Shown: in pieces, positions 19,201 through 29,075 of the stretch
Layout: the number at the start of each line of letters is the position of its first letter
Numbering within the stretch: position 1 is the first letter of the stretch
IMG/VR virus record: IMGVR_UViG_3300045988_111617
DNA length: 64,000 nucleotides
Strand: one strand, 5' to 3'
DNA from: a virus
Translations under genes and position numbers: made by a program
The notes under the pieces: generated by a model
What the model was told of the DNA's origin: nothing
Seen by the model: only the letters and a program-made list of their open reading frames with translations
The model's database searches: none

Positions 19201-21995
19201 GAACTGCTGTCTTTTTTTATAGCATCTCCACTAAAAAATGGTAAAGTAGGAGCCTGTTCTGGATATTGAGAAATATTCTCTTTATTCAAATTATCTGGCA
19301 AGAAACTACTTTCAGAGTTGTCTTTTTCAGGATTCATGTAGAAACCAGTAGTTCCTGCTGTAAGTGGAGAATAACCTATAATTCTAAATTTAAAATCATC
19401 TGGAAGAGTCTGATACTCACCAAACTCAATATCTGGAGAATTAAGAGTTACTATAGACTCATCTATATAGAACCTATTACCTAAAGTCTTGCTATATAAA
19501 AGTCCATTATTTGCTAATACTCCTCCTACTTTTATTTTTCTTCTTTGCAGAGGAGCAGAGGTTCTTTTGTGATAGGCGGCCTTTCCTGCATTTTTCCAAT
19601 CTGCATAAAGAGCAGTTTTCATCTCCTCTGTGGGTTTAGAAGGGAAATATCTAGCATATTTTGGATAATGAGCTAATAACCTTGGATATAAATCTTTCGT
19701 ATAAGACCTACTAAATTCTTGCCATACTTTGTTAAATCCTGCTGCTGCATAAGCTTCTCTCCATTTAGAACTAATATTTATAGTTGCTTCTGAAATTAAT
19801 CCAACATTATCATATACCTCTTCTTTTCCTTCATTATTAAAAAACTCCAGTATTGCTTGAGCTTCTGCTCCTGTTACACCATAAAATCCTCCTTTATTGT
19901 CTTTATAATAAGCCTTGACAGTCCACCTAACCCAAACCTGTCTTCTATCTAAAGCTATATCATTCAGAGTAAAATAAGGAGGCTTAGTTATTTCTTTGCC
20001 CTGCTCATCATATTCTCCATTGACATTCTGTATTTCTGCTGAAATACTTTTGTTTGCTGGTATTTGTGAGAAATGAGTATTTGTAATAACATTGCTATTC
20101 TTAGGTCTAAAAAACCAAGAAGACATTGCATAAGGAGAATTCAATACTCTTTGAGTTGCATTGAATACAGTAGGATTAACAAAACCTTGAGCTATGACAG
20201 ACCTATCAGATTCAGCCATAATTGCCCTTACTAAAATAGCCCTTTTATAAGGGGTATTTTTAGAAATATAAGAAGCTACTTCTTGGGGTATTGTACATTT
20301 AGCTATTGCCTTATATGTTCTGATAGAATTTGATTTTGGATATAAAGTATTAACCTTATCTCCTATCCAATATACTGAACTTCTCCTTCCTGTACTTGTC
20401 AAGAAAACTAGTCCAAATCTATATTTCTCCCCACCCTTAAAGAACAGATATTTATTAGAACCTAAATTAAGTTGCTGGTCTTCATAATATACGGTTCCCA
20501 AACTGTTATTCTGAAATACATACTTATCAGAATATTCAAATTCAACCATAGAACTTTCTCCAGTAAAATCTCCGCTTGGAGTCTTTCCTATAGTATTATC
20601 TATAAGAGCTTTAAGTTCTGCATCAACTGAATCTGTTTGAAGCTCTATATTACCTAAGAATAAAGTATTATCTTTTTGAGCAAGAGTCTCTGCATGAATC
20701 TCTGTTCCTCCTATATAAAGGAGAGTAGTTGGGTCTATTGATATAGTATAAGAACCTGTATCTACATAAGAAACTTCATCTGTAATAGGTAGAGTAGCTA
20801 CTTTATTACAAGACAAATTAGTTGTAGTAATAACAGAATAAATGTTTATATTATCAAATCTCTTGTCTAAGCCTCTTAGGTCTATTTTAAAAGCACAAGA
20901 AGCTGTAGAATCAGCTGAAGTTGCTCTTTCTTGGTCACTGAGATTGTATATATTACTTTTACCAACTATATTAGTTTCCTGTCCAAAATCATTTGAATAG
21001 GTGAAGAAGTATTGTATAGTCCCGCTACTAAATGAAGAAGTACCTAAAAATGTTTTTGTTATTTCAATATCAAGGTCAGGACTAAACTCTGTAACAAAAT
21101 CAAACTGACTTGGATTATCACTGCTATAGTCAAGTTTCTTTATATTGATAAATCTTGGTTGATTTATTCCATCTACCCAGTAAACTTTTTGTACAGCTTC
21201 TGTTTCATAATTGGCAAGAGTTTCTATTGGATGTTTAGAATCAAATCCTAAGTTTCCATCAAACAGTGATAAACTTCTCCAATTCTCCTCATCAATATAC
21301 TCTATTCTATAGATATGGTCTATCTTAGTATCCTCTTCATGAGTAAATAGAACCATATAATTATTTAATACACTATGCCCTATTAAAGTTCCCTTTAAGG
21401 TTATTGGAGTTTCTGTTGGAGAATCCTCACTCTCATATAAAAATTTTCCATCATCATAATCATGATAAACAATATTTATAGGATGATACGTATGATTCTC
21501 CAATATATATCCTAACTCTGCCTTTAAATACTCTACTTCTGAAATAGGACTAGTTAAGGTGTTCCCTTCTTTAAATACCCATTTTCTAGAGTTATAAGTA
21601 TATACCATACTTCCTGTTTCTCCAGATTTGAGTTTCCAAAGAAGAGTTAGTGAATTAGCATAACTCTCAATTTTAGAATCAACTTCAAAATCTCCATCAG
21701 CATAATAATCTATTATGTAAGCAGTACTTTTAGTAAAAGGCTGCCCCTTAAGCTCTATTTCTTTATTACCTCTTTCATTTGTAACAGAAAGGAGGGTATC
21801 ATGGTCTCTGGCTATTATTCTGACATTGAAGTTCTCATAAGCAAATTCATTGTTTACTTTACTTATTGAGAGGTCTCTTGTCATTCCTCTATTTTGAAAT
21901 GATGCAATCTTCTGTTCCATATTACTTATATCTCCATATAAATCCTCCACAAGAATGCTGCCTTCCTTTACAACACTTTGTAATATCTCCAGCAC
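16257..21995 (-). CDS. 1912-aa giant virion protein (tail/muzzle- or tubular-type by size and position); true start may be the Met at 21920, which avoids overlap with the upstream endonuclease gene
   Basis: 5.7 kb ORF ending in TAG at 16257; no catalytic motif recognised. Confidence 0.8.
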   Translation of the reverse strand: MLEILQSVVKEGSILVEDLYGDISNMEQKIASFQNRGMTRDLSISKVNNEFAYENFNVRIIARDHDTLLSVTNERGNKEIELKGQPFTKSTAYIIDYYADGDFEVDSKIESYANSLTLLWKLKSGETGSMVYTYNSRKWVFKEGNTLTSPISEVEYLKAELGYILENHTYHPINIVYHDYDDGKFLYESEDSPTETPITLKGTLIGHSVLNNYMVLFTHEEDTKIDHIYRIEYIDEENWRSLSLFDGNLGFDSKHPIETLANYETEAVQKVYWVDGINQPRFINIKKLDYSSDNPSQFDFVTEFSPDLDIEITKTFLGTSSFSSGTIQYFFTYSNDFGQETNIVGKSNIYNLSDQERATSADSTASCAFKIDLRGLDKRFDNINIYSVITTTNLSCNKVATLPITDEVSYVDTGSYTISIDPTTLLYIGGTEIHAETLAQKDNTLFLGNIELQTDSVDAELKALIDNTIGKTPSGDFTGESSMVEFEYSDKYVFQNNSLGTVYYEDQQLNLGSNKYLFFKGGEKYRFGLVFLTSTGRRSSVYWIGDKVNTLYPKSNSIRTYKAIAKCTIPQEVASYISKNTPYKRAILVRAIMAESDRSVIAQGFVNPTVFNATQRVLNSPYAMSSWFFRPKNSNVITNTHFSQIPANKSISAEIQNVNGEYDEQGKEITKPPYFTLNDIALDRRQVWVRWTVKAYYKDNKGGFYGVTGAEAQAILEFFNNEGKEEVYDNVGLISEATINISSKWREAYAAAGFNKVWQEFSRSYTKDLYPRLLAHYPKYARYFPSKPTEEMKTALYADWKNAGKAAYHKRTSAPLQRRKIKVGGVLANNGLLYSKTLGNRFYIDESIVTLNSPDIEFGEYQTLPDDFKFRIIGYSPLTAGTTGFYMNPEKDNSESSFLPDNLNKENISQYPEQAPTLPFFSGDAIKKDSSSVVAPYIIYPWHKTGALYKKNDIEEYVVKDKILANLKYSLFTNYCWLNKYRTDLDITNTGDYNYYMKMAWEPKGGISNINIADESIDNVFLNIRDERLYYNNYDFVLSVSSDDKSSEKYKEYTTGDKQYTEGLDFLSDTANWEAVVTDSTAPVNVAAKSKKNCILSFNPVGDETIILPSVNADTLNINLSNYYLPWETYVDELPMNDTLITGDYPYYTPDRLLNSGSVYIIELDNTSTVDAYNSFDKDFKNAKNAYSNKLAIAFIKEISGNAVTYLGEDVEYKKNVYPGFTVTVTPVIEGGVTTKYTLSITPGSESGLYDLLYINSEGISEKTVEIGNTITITKADSDKYSFKIDATYSPLYIGYSSNRAVQSPIFKLNTTETLTVDDINKGVSIKTNIGLNPELEVVYLKDYKGTSYKYTREINTLNEVLLNNITIKPDNLSIPLDTYNSGKIDTDTFDTSLLFVGELYRDIKDYSEDDYRYGGTREDALKKNTFVDCGAVTDITKSNILYGVEGDSYYQRYDVLKTIPYTKGKDNSIIEIFSGMIESRINLNGKTDKNMSTSDYTLVNTETFNSINKAYTRQDSFNTSVVLDSTDTTTSYPTQFTWTKEKTPGEDIDIWTNITLSEIETLDGDKGPLRAIRRFQNSLIAFQDKGIAEILFNSRTQIGTQQGVPIEIANSGKVDGKRYITDKAGCINKWSIVETKNGIYFIDNINSSLSLFTGTVKSLSDEKGFKDWIGRNNSTDLWNPVDFNNFVAYWDRGNDDVYFLRGSEETQQDVLCYNEMLNQFTSFFSYGEVPMMVNVQDKFVAFREDNKGVNKLWIQGKGEFNNLFGSLQGYHMLYRITPDPYGDKTFSTLEYRADMFDMSDPDYNPYIPGEGKLTGDTFDTLEVWNEYQGNKISVGDSTSPLYPFKARDKYPDVRRKFRIWRMDIPRDKKGPDNPYGLNRIRNPWIYLKLSKTPTLSNERMEFHDLAVRYFE

Positions 21996-22530
21996 ACAGA
22001 TTATTTATAGCAGCTGCCTCTCTTATAGACTTATACTCTGCCATAAAATCTCCAATTTTTGAAAACTGAAGAACAGCTTTACTACATTTTATCTTGGCTG
22101 CTTCTGCACCATGTAATATCTGTTCTTTTGGAAATATCCTTCCTTTAAGAGAACTTGCTATTTTACTTCTCCACTCTTTAGATAAAGTTCTTCCCTTCCT
22201 TTGTTTAGACCATATCTTCTTTGTTTCCTCTGATGGTTTGTATCCCAAATATCCATCCCCACCATCTGAAAGGTTGTAAGAAATACCTAAACTTTTATAG
22301 TGTCTTATAAGGTCTATCTCCAGAGACTTAGCTGTAAATTCATCTAATCCAGTAAATAGAACTTCATGCTTTATGTTATTCCATCCATACTTTAGTATGG
22401 CATTAAAGAAATAAGTATGTCTTTTGTATCCTTTCCCATTGTACCATCTCTTTTCAGGAATTTGAGTAGTGATTCCTATATAAACTTTTCCTGATGGAGA
22501 TGTATGTCTATATAAACTGTATGACTTCAT
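21922..22530 (-). CDS. GIY-YIG homing endonuclease (free-standing HEG) with NUMOD-like basic repeats
   Basis: N-terminal KVYIGIT...RWYNGKGYK (GIY-YIG); repeated SKxxKGR motifs; overlaps start of giant gene. Confidence 0.8.
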   Translation of the reverse strand: MKSYSLYRHTSPSGKVYIGITTQIPEKRWYNGKGYKRHTYFFNAILKYGWNNIKHEVLFTGLDEFTAKSLEIDLIRHYKSLGISYNLSDGGDGYLGYKPSEETKKIWSKQRKGRTLSKEWRSKIASSLKGRIFPKEQILHGAEAAKIKCSKAVLQFSKIGDFMAEYKSIREAAAINNLCAGDITKCCKGRQHSCGGFIWRYK

Positions 22531-23252
22531 GACTGTACAGTTAAATATTCTTTAGACCCAGAATTTATAAATCCTTTTGAATGTTCATTAGCCCTTGCTA
22601 TTAAAGCTGTCCACAGATTAGTAAGAGATTCCATCTGGTCAATAGATGGCATTATCATATCAGTCTGACACTGGCCAACATAAAATGCATATTCCTGCTG
22701 GGCATTCTGTAGAATGGCAGGCTGTAGTTTTCCTAAATCAAACAGTATAGTGAACTGCTGTTTCTTGATATAGGCTTCAAGGGCTCTAAGGAAGGAAGGA
22801 TTGTCAGGTAATAAAGGATAACCTTCATCATCAGTTGCTATGGCATTATAGGCTATCTCTATATCTGTATCCTTAGTTGAGGTATATATAACACTTCCTT
22901 GAATCTTATATGTAAGGTCAGTCCCATATCTTCCTACATCAGGCTTCTCATTGCTCATATGAAATGAGTCAGTAGAATACCTATAGGATATATGAGACCT
23001 ATGGTCAGGTTCTATGCCATCAACTTTCTTGGCTGTCCTTACCTGTATCATAGATACATAATCACAAGGCAGCATACATCTGTAATTCTCTACATGAAGT
23101 AAAGCAGTCTTCTCTTCAAAGAGAGAAGGAACTCCTACTATCTGTAAGAAATCTACAGTGTAATCAAGAATAGTTTCAAAGGGCACATCTCTGAGAAGAG
23201 GATGTCTCATTATTCTGTCAGCAACCCTTCTTATGTTAGTTGTCTTCTCCAT
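22527..23252 (-). CDS. 241-aa hypothetical protein (structural-module position)
   Basis: ORF, 4-nt overlap coupling with downstream HEG. Confidence 0.6.
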   Translation of the reverse strand: MEKTTNIRRVADRIMRHPLLRDVPFETILDYTVDFLQIVGVPSLFEEKTALLHVENYRCMLPCDYVSMIQVRTAKKVDGIEPDHRSHISYRYSTDSFHMSNEKPDVGRYGTDLTYKIQGSVIYTSTKDTDIEIAYNAIATDDEGYPLLPDNPSFLRALEAYIKKQQFTILFDLGKLQPAILQNAQQEYAFYVGQCQTDMIMPSIDQMESLTNLWTALIARANEHSKGFINSGSKEYLTVQS

Positions 23253-23793
23253 GCCTAATTCTATATAACATAAGGGAATCTATTTCCCCGTTTTTTATTT
23301 TATGCTTAAGTCCTTTCTTAATTTCCCTGTTGATATGAAATTGATAGAAAGATTTATTTGGATAGTCTGCTCTATACTTATTATAGAAGACTTTGAATAC
23401 TTCTTTAGTTTCCTGTCTTACAAGCCTCTTATCCTTATAAGACTGTTCATCCTCATACCACAGTTTTAGAGTAGAGTCCCAATCTATTGGAAGATTGGTT
23501 CTAAGTTTACCTTCCTTAAACTCTACTATAGTTGGTCTCTTCCTAAGCTCCAATTTTCCCATCTTCTCAGGCAATACAATCTCTTCTCCTTGTATAATAA
23601 GCTGCCTTAGAATATCATTGGTCTTTCTTATAATACTTAGGAACTCACATTCAGTAAGTACATATTCAGACTCCTTTGGTCTTGTCTTCCTATAGTAGTG
23701 GAAAGCATCTTTCACTCCCCAGGAATTTCTTACTTTATGAACTCTCTTCTCTTTAGCCTTCTTAGCAGAAGACATAAACTCCCTTATATCCAT
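23236..23793 (-). CDS. 185-aa hypothetical protein, basic
   Basis: ORF with short overlaps to neighbours. Confidence 0.6.
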   Translation of the reverse strand: MDIREFMSSAKKAKEKRVHKVRNSWGVKDAFHYYRKTRPKESEYVLTECEFLSIIRKTNDILRQLIIQGEEIVLPEKMGKLELRKRPTIVEFKEGKLRTNLPIDWDSTLKLWYEDEQSYKDKRLVRQETKEVFKVFYNKYRADYPNKSFYQFHINREIKKGLKHKIKNGEIDSLMLYRIRHGEDN

Positions 23794-24554
23794 TAGTCTT
23801 CCTCCGTTTTAGTAGGTTTAGTAGTTTTAGGATTAACTCCCATCATTCCACTCATATCATCTGAAGCATTGTTTTGCTTATCTGTAGGCAAGTATCTAGC
23901 TCCACTTAATTCTTGTACCATCAGCTGTATAAGAGGTGATATGAGAGTATCCTCAAGAGGAAACTCAGAATCAAGTATATCACAATTACCTTCAGACTGA
24001 GCAGAACATGCAAGTGCTGCTACCTCTTGTGCATTATGAAAGACTGCGTCTATCCTAAGTTTCTTCAGGTAAAGAAACTGAGGATTAGATGACTTTAGAT
24101 ATAGATAGTCATCTGGCCCTTTAGTAACATATATCATGTTTGACAGCCATTTGTTGTTTCCCACATAAGGCATTCTCTCAAGAGGTATATAGGATATATG
24201 TTCTGAGGTGAAGTAATCTACTGGATATATATGCTTTATTCCTATATTCATTACTGATGGCATCTTTTTGGTACTCCTAAGATACACACCAGCACATGAT
24301 GTACCCGGTATAGCAGGCACCTCTATAAGGTCAAGACATATCTCCTGATAATTACTTCTGGTAACTTCTCCTTTTCTTGCATCCCTATACCTCCTGTCAA
24401 GAAGAAGTGCCCTATAGTTATCTGCAAGAAAGATGAGATGTTCTGGGGTATAAGTGGCATCATTTGAGATAAGTTTTAACTCATCTAAAGCCATATATAC
24501 TATGCTTCTATAAGTTGTCATGATATTTTTCTTTATATATCCATTTATATCCAA
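23793..24554 (-). CDS. 253-aa hypothetical protein; a downstream Met at 24494 would remove the overlap with the HEG
   Basis: ORF. Confidence 0.6.
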   Translation of the reverse strand: MDINGYIKKNIMTTYRSIVYMALDELKLISNDATYTPEHLIFLADNYRALLLDRRYRDARKGEVTRSNYQEICLDLIEVPAIPGTSCAGVYLRSTKKMPSVMNIGIKHIYPVDYFTSEHISYIPLERMPYVGNNKWLSNMIYVTKGPDDYLYLKSSNPQFLYLKKLRIDAVFHNAQEVAALACSAQSEGNCDILDSEFPLEDTLISPLIQLMVQELSGARYLPTDKQNNASDDMSGMMGVNPKTTKPTKTEED

Positions 24555-25209
24555 AAGATGATTTGGAAAGTCCTATTAAACATCTATAGATAGCACTGGA
24601 GTTAAAATTATTTTCCTTGGCAGCCTCTATAGCTGATGAATATTCCTTTATAAATTTTCCATCAAGAGTAAGTTGAATCACCTTTTTCAAATTACTTCTG
24701 TACTCTTCAGAATTTACCATTTTCACAGTCCATGGAACCTCTCTACCCTTTAGAGATTTGCTTATTTTATCTCTATGCTCTCCAGTAAATTTTCTACCTT
24801 TTAATGATTTGGACAATTTCTCTCTGGTCTGCTGACTACACTTCCTACCTTTGGCAGCTTTCCTTATCTTTTCCTTTCTTGTCTCATCACAATAATATCC
24901 TGAAGTAGCTTCTCCTCCTATAGTGCAATTATATCCATTTTTATAGGAGTTGTAAAGACCTATATAATATATCTCTAACTTGTTAAGTTCCTCTGTAGCT
25001 ATCTTTTTGGAAGTATAAGTATTCCTTTCTAAAACTTCATACCTGAAATTGTGAATACCATATTTCTTTCTGGCTCTATTTATCTTAACTCCTGCATATG
25101 GATAATTGGCTGTATTCCACTGTTCTCTTCTTATTTTCTCATTAGTGGTCTGACCTATATAACATTTTCCATTTGGTGCAGTGTATTTATAAATAACTCC
25201 TTCTATCAT
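24508..25209 (-). CDS. GIY-YIG homing endonuclease with NUMOD3-like repeats and C-terminal helix-turn-helix
   Basis: VIYKYTAPNGKCYIGQT (GIY-YIG), repeated LSKSLKGR motifs. Confidence 0.8.
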   Translation of the reverse strand: MIEGVIYKYTAPNGKCYIGQTTNEKIRREQWNTANYPYAGVKINRARKKYGIHNFRYEVLERNTYTSKKIATEELNKLEIYYIGLYNSYKNGYNCTIGGEATSGYYCDETRKEKIRKAAKGRKCSQQTREKLSKSLKGRKFTGEHRDKISKSLKGREVPWTVKMVNSEEYRSNLKKVIQLTLDGKFIKEYSSAIEAAKENNFNSSAIYRCLIGLSKSSFGYKWIYKEKYHDNL

Positions 25210-25293
25210 ACCTAAATTAGACTATTGCACAAATATAAAGAAAAATAGTCATTCATGCAATAGTCTAATCAAATTTGTTTATGTCTTATGAAC

Positions 25294-25683
25294 TTAATTA
25301 TCCCAATAGTTTGTCTTATGTTCAGTAGCTCTCACCCTAAAATCTTGTTCAGAGAATCTTAATATATCTTCCTCTGTGCCCCTATAAGGTTGCATTCCCC
25401 CAGGTGTTGGAAGAATAGTGCCTAACTGAGGTATTTCTTTATAGAATTGAGGATAAGGCATAAGGCAATTGCTTCCATACAGACAATATAAAAATTTTGC
25501 CATTATGTTGTAGTCTTCCTCAGTTACATAGGTATTCAGGTCAGTATTAAGAAAAGAATCTACTAATAATAATCCTAATATTTTTACAACTATATCATAT
25601 CTTAAATAGCCTGTCTGACTAAGATTAGTAAAATATTCATTGAGGGCATCAAGAGCTTGTTGAGTTGTTTTTCCTGCATACAT
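25294..25683 (-). CDS. 129-aa hypothetical protein
   Basis: ORF. Confidence 0.55.
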   Translation of the reverse strand: MYAGKTTQQALDALNEYFTNLSQTGYLRYDIVVKILGLLLVDSFLNTDLNTYVTEEDYNIMAKFLYCLYGSNCLMPYPQFYKEIPQLGTILPTPGGMQPYRGTEEDILRFSEQDFRVRATEHKTNYWDN

Positions 25684-25684
25684 A

Positions 25685-26245
25685 TTATTTACATCTACAA
25701 GGAGGGTTAAACTTCACATTCTCTTCTGCAAACCACTCTTTGAACTTATCATTTGCCAAAGTATATTGAGCAGTTCTAATAGCAAGTTCAAATGCTTTAA
25801 ATCTAAGTATATAATCTATGAAGTCTCTAGGCAATTCACAACAGCCATTAACTACTTGCTTCATATGATTTATACCTTTTTGATATATAGATTGCCAATT
25901 CAATACTACTCCTAAAGTATACTCAGTATCCATTGCACAAGGAGTATCAATAGAAGGAGTACCAGCTACAGATACATATACATAAAATATATGATTATTA
26001 AATGATGATAACTTAAATTTATCTGGTGAGAGATTTATACTGTATTCTTTTACAGTTGTATCTTGATTTTCATATACTACAACTGCATTAGAACTTGGTT
26101 TTCCTGTAGGAGAAAATGTTTCTTCTGTATCAATACTTATTGAAGATATAAACATATTTTCAAAGTATTTGTATGGAGCTACCTTAACATCTATAAAAAG
26201 ATTTTGACCATCAGGAGTTATTCTTAAATCATTAAAAATTACCAT
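25685..26245 (-). CDS. 186-aa hypothetical protein
   Basis: ORF, 1-nt gap to the next gene. Confidence 0.6.
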   Translation of the reverse strand: MVIFNDLRITPDGQNLFIDVKVAPYKYFENMFISSISIDTEETFSPTGKPSSNAVVVYENQDTTVKEYSINLSPDKFKLSSFNNHIFYVYVSVAGTPSIDTPCAMDTEYTLGVVLNWQSIYQKGINHMKQVVNGCCELPRDFIDYILRFKAFELAIRTAQYTLANDKFKEWFAEENVKFNPPCRCK

Positions 26246-26272
26246 ACTAATTCAGTTGAAAATTAAACAATA

Positions 26273-26297
26273 AAAGGGACCTTTTTAAGGTCCCTTT
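26273..26297 (-). terminator. Rho-independent terminator after the 340-aa gene
   Basis: Stem AAAGGGACC/GGTCCCTTT followed on the - strand by TTTTATTGTTTAATTTT. Confidence 0.7.
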
Positions 26298-26300
26298 AGT

Positions 26301-27323
26301 TTATGCAAGTTCCTTAAGGAATTCACTTGTCTCAGCTGGGACAATAGCCTTAATAGCTGCGATAAGAGCATTAATGTTTGTATAATCTTTTTCTCCTGGT
26401 CTAGGAACTACAATCTGGATGTCCTTCTCAGATTTCTGTACTGAAATTCCATCACCCTGATAGAAGTAATGGATGTTGATAACATCATACATCTTAGATG
26501 GGTCAACCAGATACTTGGTAGGAATAACATTAGGCCATCCCATATTTCTGTACTGGTCTCCTCTCTCACCCATGCAGAAGTACTCAAGGTCTGCAATAAG
26601 CTGTCCTTCTGGAAGAGAAACCTGAGGGTCATAAGACTCAACTTTTCCCCAAATTCTGTGGTCTCCATCTACAAGAACATCTACTGGCTGAACTTCAAAA
26701 GGAATTACTGCCTGAGGCATTAATCCAAGATGCCAAGGCTGAACTGCCTCTACAAATCTAATTGCTGTATAAGTTCCAGTATAGGCTTTATCAAAAGCTT
26801 CCCAACTCATTGCCTCTACTTTAGTTTCAGCAGAGCCGTCATAGAGATAAACATCTACAAGAGCTGTTACATCCTTTGAAAGATTAATTACTAAAGAGTG
26901 TGCCATCTTCTTATAGAAGTCTGATGCAGAAAGCCCAGGGAATACATGAACCATACCATACTTGAAGTACTGGTCTGCTTCTGACATACCAATATACTCT
27001 CTAAAGGCAAGTCTAAGAATATAATCCTGCCCAGCTACTGGCTGACCACCATTCACCTCAGGGTTAAGAGTAAGAGTATATCCCTTAAGCTTAGTAGCCA
27101 TGTCTTCAGCTTTAGTAGCTGTGAGATTAGTAATATTGTCAACCTTAATAAGGTCACTTCTCATCTTATCAAGAAGTGCTCCCATATACTGGAAATATAT
27201 AGCACCACCTTCATTTGTCTTTACTACAGTGATGTCCCCAGCATCCTTAAGAGTTGCAAGGTTTTCCTTGTAGGCATTAGCAACATAAAGCTGCCTTACC
27301 TGATGCACTGAAAAAGCTGCCAT
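26301..27323 (-). CDS. 340-aa hypothetical virion protein; own terminator suggests an abundant structural component
   Basis: ORF downstream of MCP; strong terminator after stop. Confidence 0.65.
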   Translation of the reverse strand: MAAFSVHQVRQLYVANAYKENLATLKDAGDITVVKTNEGGAIYFQYMGALLDKMRSDLIKVDNITNLTATKAEDMATKLKGYTLTLNPEVNGGQPVAGQDYILRLAFREYIGMSEADQYFKYGMVHVFPGLSASDFYKKMAHSLVINLSKDVTALVDVYLYDGSAETKVEAMSWEAFDKAYTGTYTAIRFVEAVQPWHLGLMPQAVIPFEVQPVDVLVDGDHRIWGKVESYDPQVSLPEGQLIADLEYFCMGERGDQYRNMGWPNVIPTKYLVDPSKMYDVINIHYFYQGDGISVQKSEKDIQIVVPRPGEKDYTNINALIAAIKAIVPAETSEFLKELA

Positions 27324-27354
27324 AAATTATTGTTTGTTAAAAATATTTGTAAAA

Positions 27355-28029
27355 CTATTGTTGTGAACCCCAAACAGACTTAGCAATACTTACTGCTCTG
27401 ATGAGGATTGCTCTGTGAATTGCTGAACTTAATTTACAAGTTTGAGGTGTACTTATATCATTAATAGTCAGACCTTCTGGTAAATTTTCAAGTATTATAG
27501 GTTCTGGTTTTGAAAGATATCTTATTGTATAAGATTCAATAGGATATTTGCTTATTAATTCAACTTTATTGGCTTCACAGTCCAATCTTAATATCCTTCT
27601 TTCATTAGGTCCTCTAAATGGGCTATTCTTAGTTCTATATAAAGTATCTTGTGTTACTGGAACTACATCTACTTCTCTTTCTGTAGAATTTCCACATTTA
27701 AGGGAATTATCCTTTATTATTGCCTTTTCTCCTGTCTTAAACCAAATGTCTGTATCTATATTAAAGAATACTGACCTTGAATCCAATCCCTTACCTTCTA
27801 CTTTAGTTGTATAAGTAGCTTGCTTAACCAAAGGACTTAAATAATCAGTGACTTCTTCAGTACTTTCAAAAGAACTCCCAAGTTTTCCTGAATAAATATC
27901 AAGAACCAGAGCTTCTTGTGCTTGGGTTAAGAACAAGCTCTTCTCATACTCTGAAAGTCCTGGAGCTTGATTTGAAGAAATGTTATTATACATTAAATCA
28001 AATTCAAGTGAAAACTCTTGTGTTGTCAT
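27355..28029 (-). CDS. 224-aa hypothetical protein
   Basis: ORF. Confidence 0.6.
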   Translation of the reverse strand: MTTQEFSLEFDLMYNNISSNQAPGLSEYEKSLFLTQAQEALVLDIYSGKLGSSFESTEEVTDYLSPLVKQATYTTKVEGKGLDSRSVFFNIDTDIWFKTGEKAIIKDNSLKCGNSTEREVDVVPVTQDTLYRTKNSPFRGPNERRILRLDCEANKVELISKYPIESYTIRYLSKPEPIILENLPEGLTINDISTPQTCKLSSAIHRAILIRAVSIAKSVWGSQQ

Positions 28030-28030
28030 A

Positions 28031-29020
28031 TTATTTTACCTTTGCTTCAATTGAAAGTTTGAGCTCCTGATTCTTAGGAAGGTTAAGGTATCTTGCAGCT
28101 ACATTCAGAGTAGGGTCCTCATTATGGTCACACAGTGGTGAGTTGTCACTTCTGAGGTATAACTGGTCACCTCTCTTTGATATTACTCCTGCTTCAATAG
28201 CCTTACTGATAAGCACCTTAGTACTGAGAAGTGGGTCAGTGATTATCTTGAGGAATAACTTAGAATCAGCCTGAATAAGGTTATTAATCTTACCCTGAAG
28301 GAACTCAAGTTTTGAATTAGAGGCTACAGGTCTACCATCTATAAGTTCAATGATGCACCTAAGAGTGTCTCTATCCTCCTTAATTCTACCATATTCCATG
28401 TAGCACTTCATGGTAGCTGACATCTTTTCACTCTCCTGACTTTCCTGCTCACCCTCCCTAATCATTACAAACTGGTATGTTACCTTTGGCTTGTCCTGTA
28501 ATGTCTCAAGAGAATCTGCAATAAAGTCAGAGTTAGCCTTGAGGACCTTGTACTTGATATAATCATCTGGTACTGAAAGGTCAAGATAATTGTCTTGCTT
28601 TGTCAGTCTGACCTGGTAGTTATCCCAGTAATTGTTCTCTTTCTTATAGATAGAGAGAGCATTATATTCAAGCCCCATAATCTCCTCAAGAAATGTCTTC
28701 TCATCATCTGTAAGTACATTCTTATATGCACCAGAAGACCCAAGGATAGGAACTGTAAAGTATCTTACTGCACTTTCAGCCATACCTCCATAGAGGATAT
28801 GTTTAGGGTTAGTAACAAGTCCTCCCTCCTTAGGGACATGCCTGATAATTACTCTCTCATTTCTTAAGCAAGACTCAACCACTCTACTTGGTTTTGGCTT
28901 CTTCTCACCCTCTATTCTTGTAGATGGTTTATTACCTTCCATAGAACTAACTTCATGTACTGAAATTGGGCTATCATCTATAGCTCCAAAATCAATAGAC
29001 TCTTCCATTTTCTTTGCCAT
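28031..29020 (-). CDS. 329-aa hypothetical protein
   Basis: ORF. Confidence 0.6.
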   Translation of the reverse strand: MAKKMEESIDFGAIDDSPISVHEVSSMEGNKPSTRIEGEKKPKPSRVVESCLRNERVIIRHVPKEGGLVTNPKHILYGGMAESAVRYFTVPILGSSGAYKNVLTDDEKTFLEEIMGLEYNALSIYKKENNYWDNYQVRLTKQDNYLDLSVPDDYIKYKVLKANSDFIADSLETLQDKPKVTYQFVMIREGEQESQESEKMSATMKCYMEYGRIKEDRDTLRCIIELIDGRPVASNSKLEFLQGKINNLIQADSKLFLKIITDPLLSTKVLISKAIEAGVISKRGDQLYLRSDNSPLCDHNEDPTLNVAARYLNLPKNQELKLSIEAKVK

Positions 29021-29045
29021 TTATTTATCTCCCTTTAAAAATAAA

Positions 29046-29068
29046 GGGATAGGGTACTACCCTACCCC
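29046..29068 (-). terminator. Terminator after the major capsid protein gene
   Basis: GC-rich imperfect hairpin GGGTAGGGTA/TACCCTATCCC, then TTTATTTTTAAA on the - strand; a second small hairpin at 29030-29049. Confidence 0.6.
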
Positions 29069-29075
29069 TTATGAT

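Noticed and set aside
16257-21995. Looked for the DxDGD double-psi beta-barrel catalytic motif of the giant virion RNA polymerases of crAss-like and phi14:2-like phages in all giant ORFs
   Set aside because: Only YYADGDFEV (1912-aa protein) and TSDGDVV (682-aa protein) occur; neither fits D-x-D-G-D, so no virion RNAP is called in this window.
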